From Candidatus Poribacteria bacterium (GTDB taxonomy: Bacteria; Poribacteria; WGA-4E; WGA-3G), in NCBI GenBank assembly GCA_965197475.1, contig CBDANF010000003.1, forward strand, positions 3,424,001 to 3,488,000: 64,000 nt of DNA, read 5' to 3'. How positions within the stretch are numbered: position 1 is the stretch's first letter; each line of letters opens with the position of its first letter. Shown here piece after piece: positions 62,570-64,000 of this stretch. Made by a program: the position numbers and the translations under genes. The notes below the pieces were generated by a model. It did not search any database, was not told the origin of the DNA, and saw only the letters and a list, made by a program, of their open reading frames with translations.

Positions 62570-62667
62570 ATACTATAAAACGTATAAGATTATCTAACCG
62601 GGTTTTACAACAAAATTTAAACAAAACCCGTAATACGTTAATAACTCATTAGGAGGAAATTATAGAT

Positions 62668-62958
62668 ATGGCACTTGTACCCCTTGGCGATCGAATCCTC
62701 GTCAAACGTTCCGAAGAGGATGAACAGAAAACCAGTGGCGGGATTATCATCCCTGACACCGCCAGAGAGAAGCCTCAAGAGGGCGAAGTTGTTGCGGTCG
62801 GCAAAGGCCGTATGCTTGATAACGGCGAACGGCAAGCAGTTGATGTTGAAGTCGGCGATAAAGTCCTATTCGCAAAATATGGCGGTACCGAAGTTACTTA
62901 TGATAACATTGAATTTCTCATCTTGCGCGAAGATGATATCTTAGCCAAGGTTAACTAA
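62668..62958 (+). CDS. groES: Co-chaperonin GroES
   Basis: [21 protein letters not shown] and KYGGTEV motifs. Confidence 0.98.
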   Translation: MALVPLGDRILVKRSEEDEQKTSGGIIIPDTAREKPQEGEVVAVGKGRMLDNGERQAVDVEVGDKVLFAKYGGTEVTYDNIEFLILREDDILAKVN

Positions 62959-62966
62959 TTAAGTAA

Positions 62967-64000
<1,034 letters not shown>

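Overview
This 64-kb bacterial window most likely comes from a Candidatus Poribacteria (sponge-symbiont-type) genome. That is an inference from four things: a divergent 16S gene linked only to tRNA-Ile with no 23S; many WD40/TPR/ankyrin proteins; orphan NYPNPFNPETWIPY-type C-terminal domains; and dense GTAG-type REP/MITE repeats. Housekeeping and metabolic genes include a split xanthine-dehydrogenase-family Mo-hydroxylase operon, a TonB metal-uptake locus, cstA, xylA, a xylonate dehydratase and groES/groEL. They are interleaved with IS1595, two inverted IS3 copies, IS5/ISL2, IS630 and a RAYT/REP element. There is also a defence-like island: PLD-SNF2 helicase plus a large MTase, FRG-TPR, toxin/immunity-like pairs, AlbA_2 plus ParA, TPR-antitoxin plus PIN, and MTase-HNH. 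Two observations stand out. (1) An unannotated ~630-nt intergenic region (50533-51166) has its own promoter, a long closing stem and five tandem modules, each able to form a pseudoknot with co-varying loop/tail pairing; this is a candidate new large ncRNA. (2) A 2-kb element (14316-16319) has perfect 13-bp terminal inverted repeats, encodes only two DUF1670-like paralogs and carries an internal consensus promoter aimed at a structured RNA at its right end; this is a candidate new class of mobile element. All domain assignments are from motif recognition by eye; no database searches were run.
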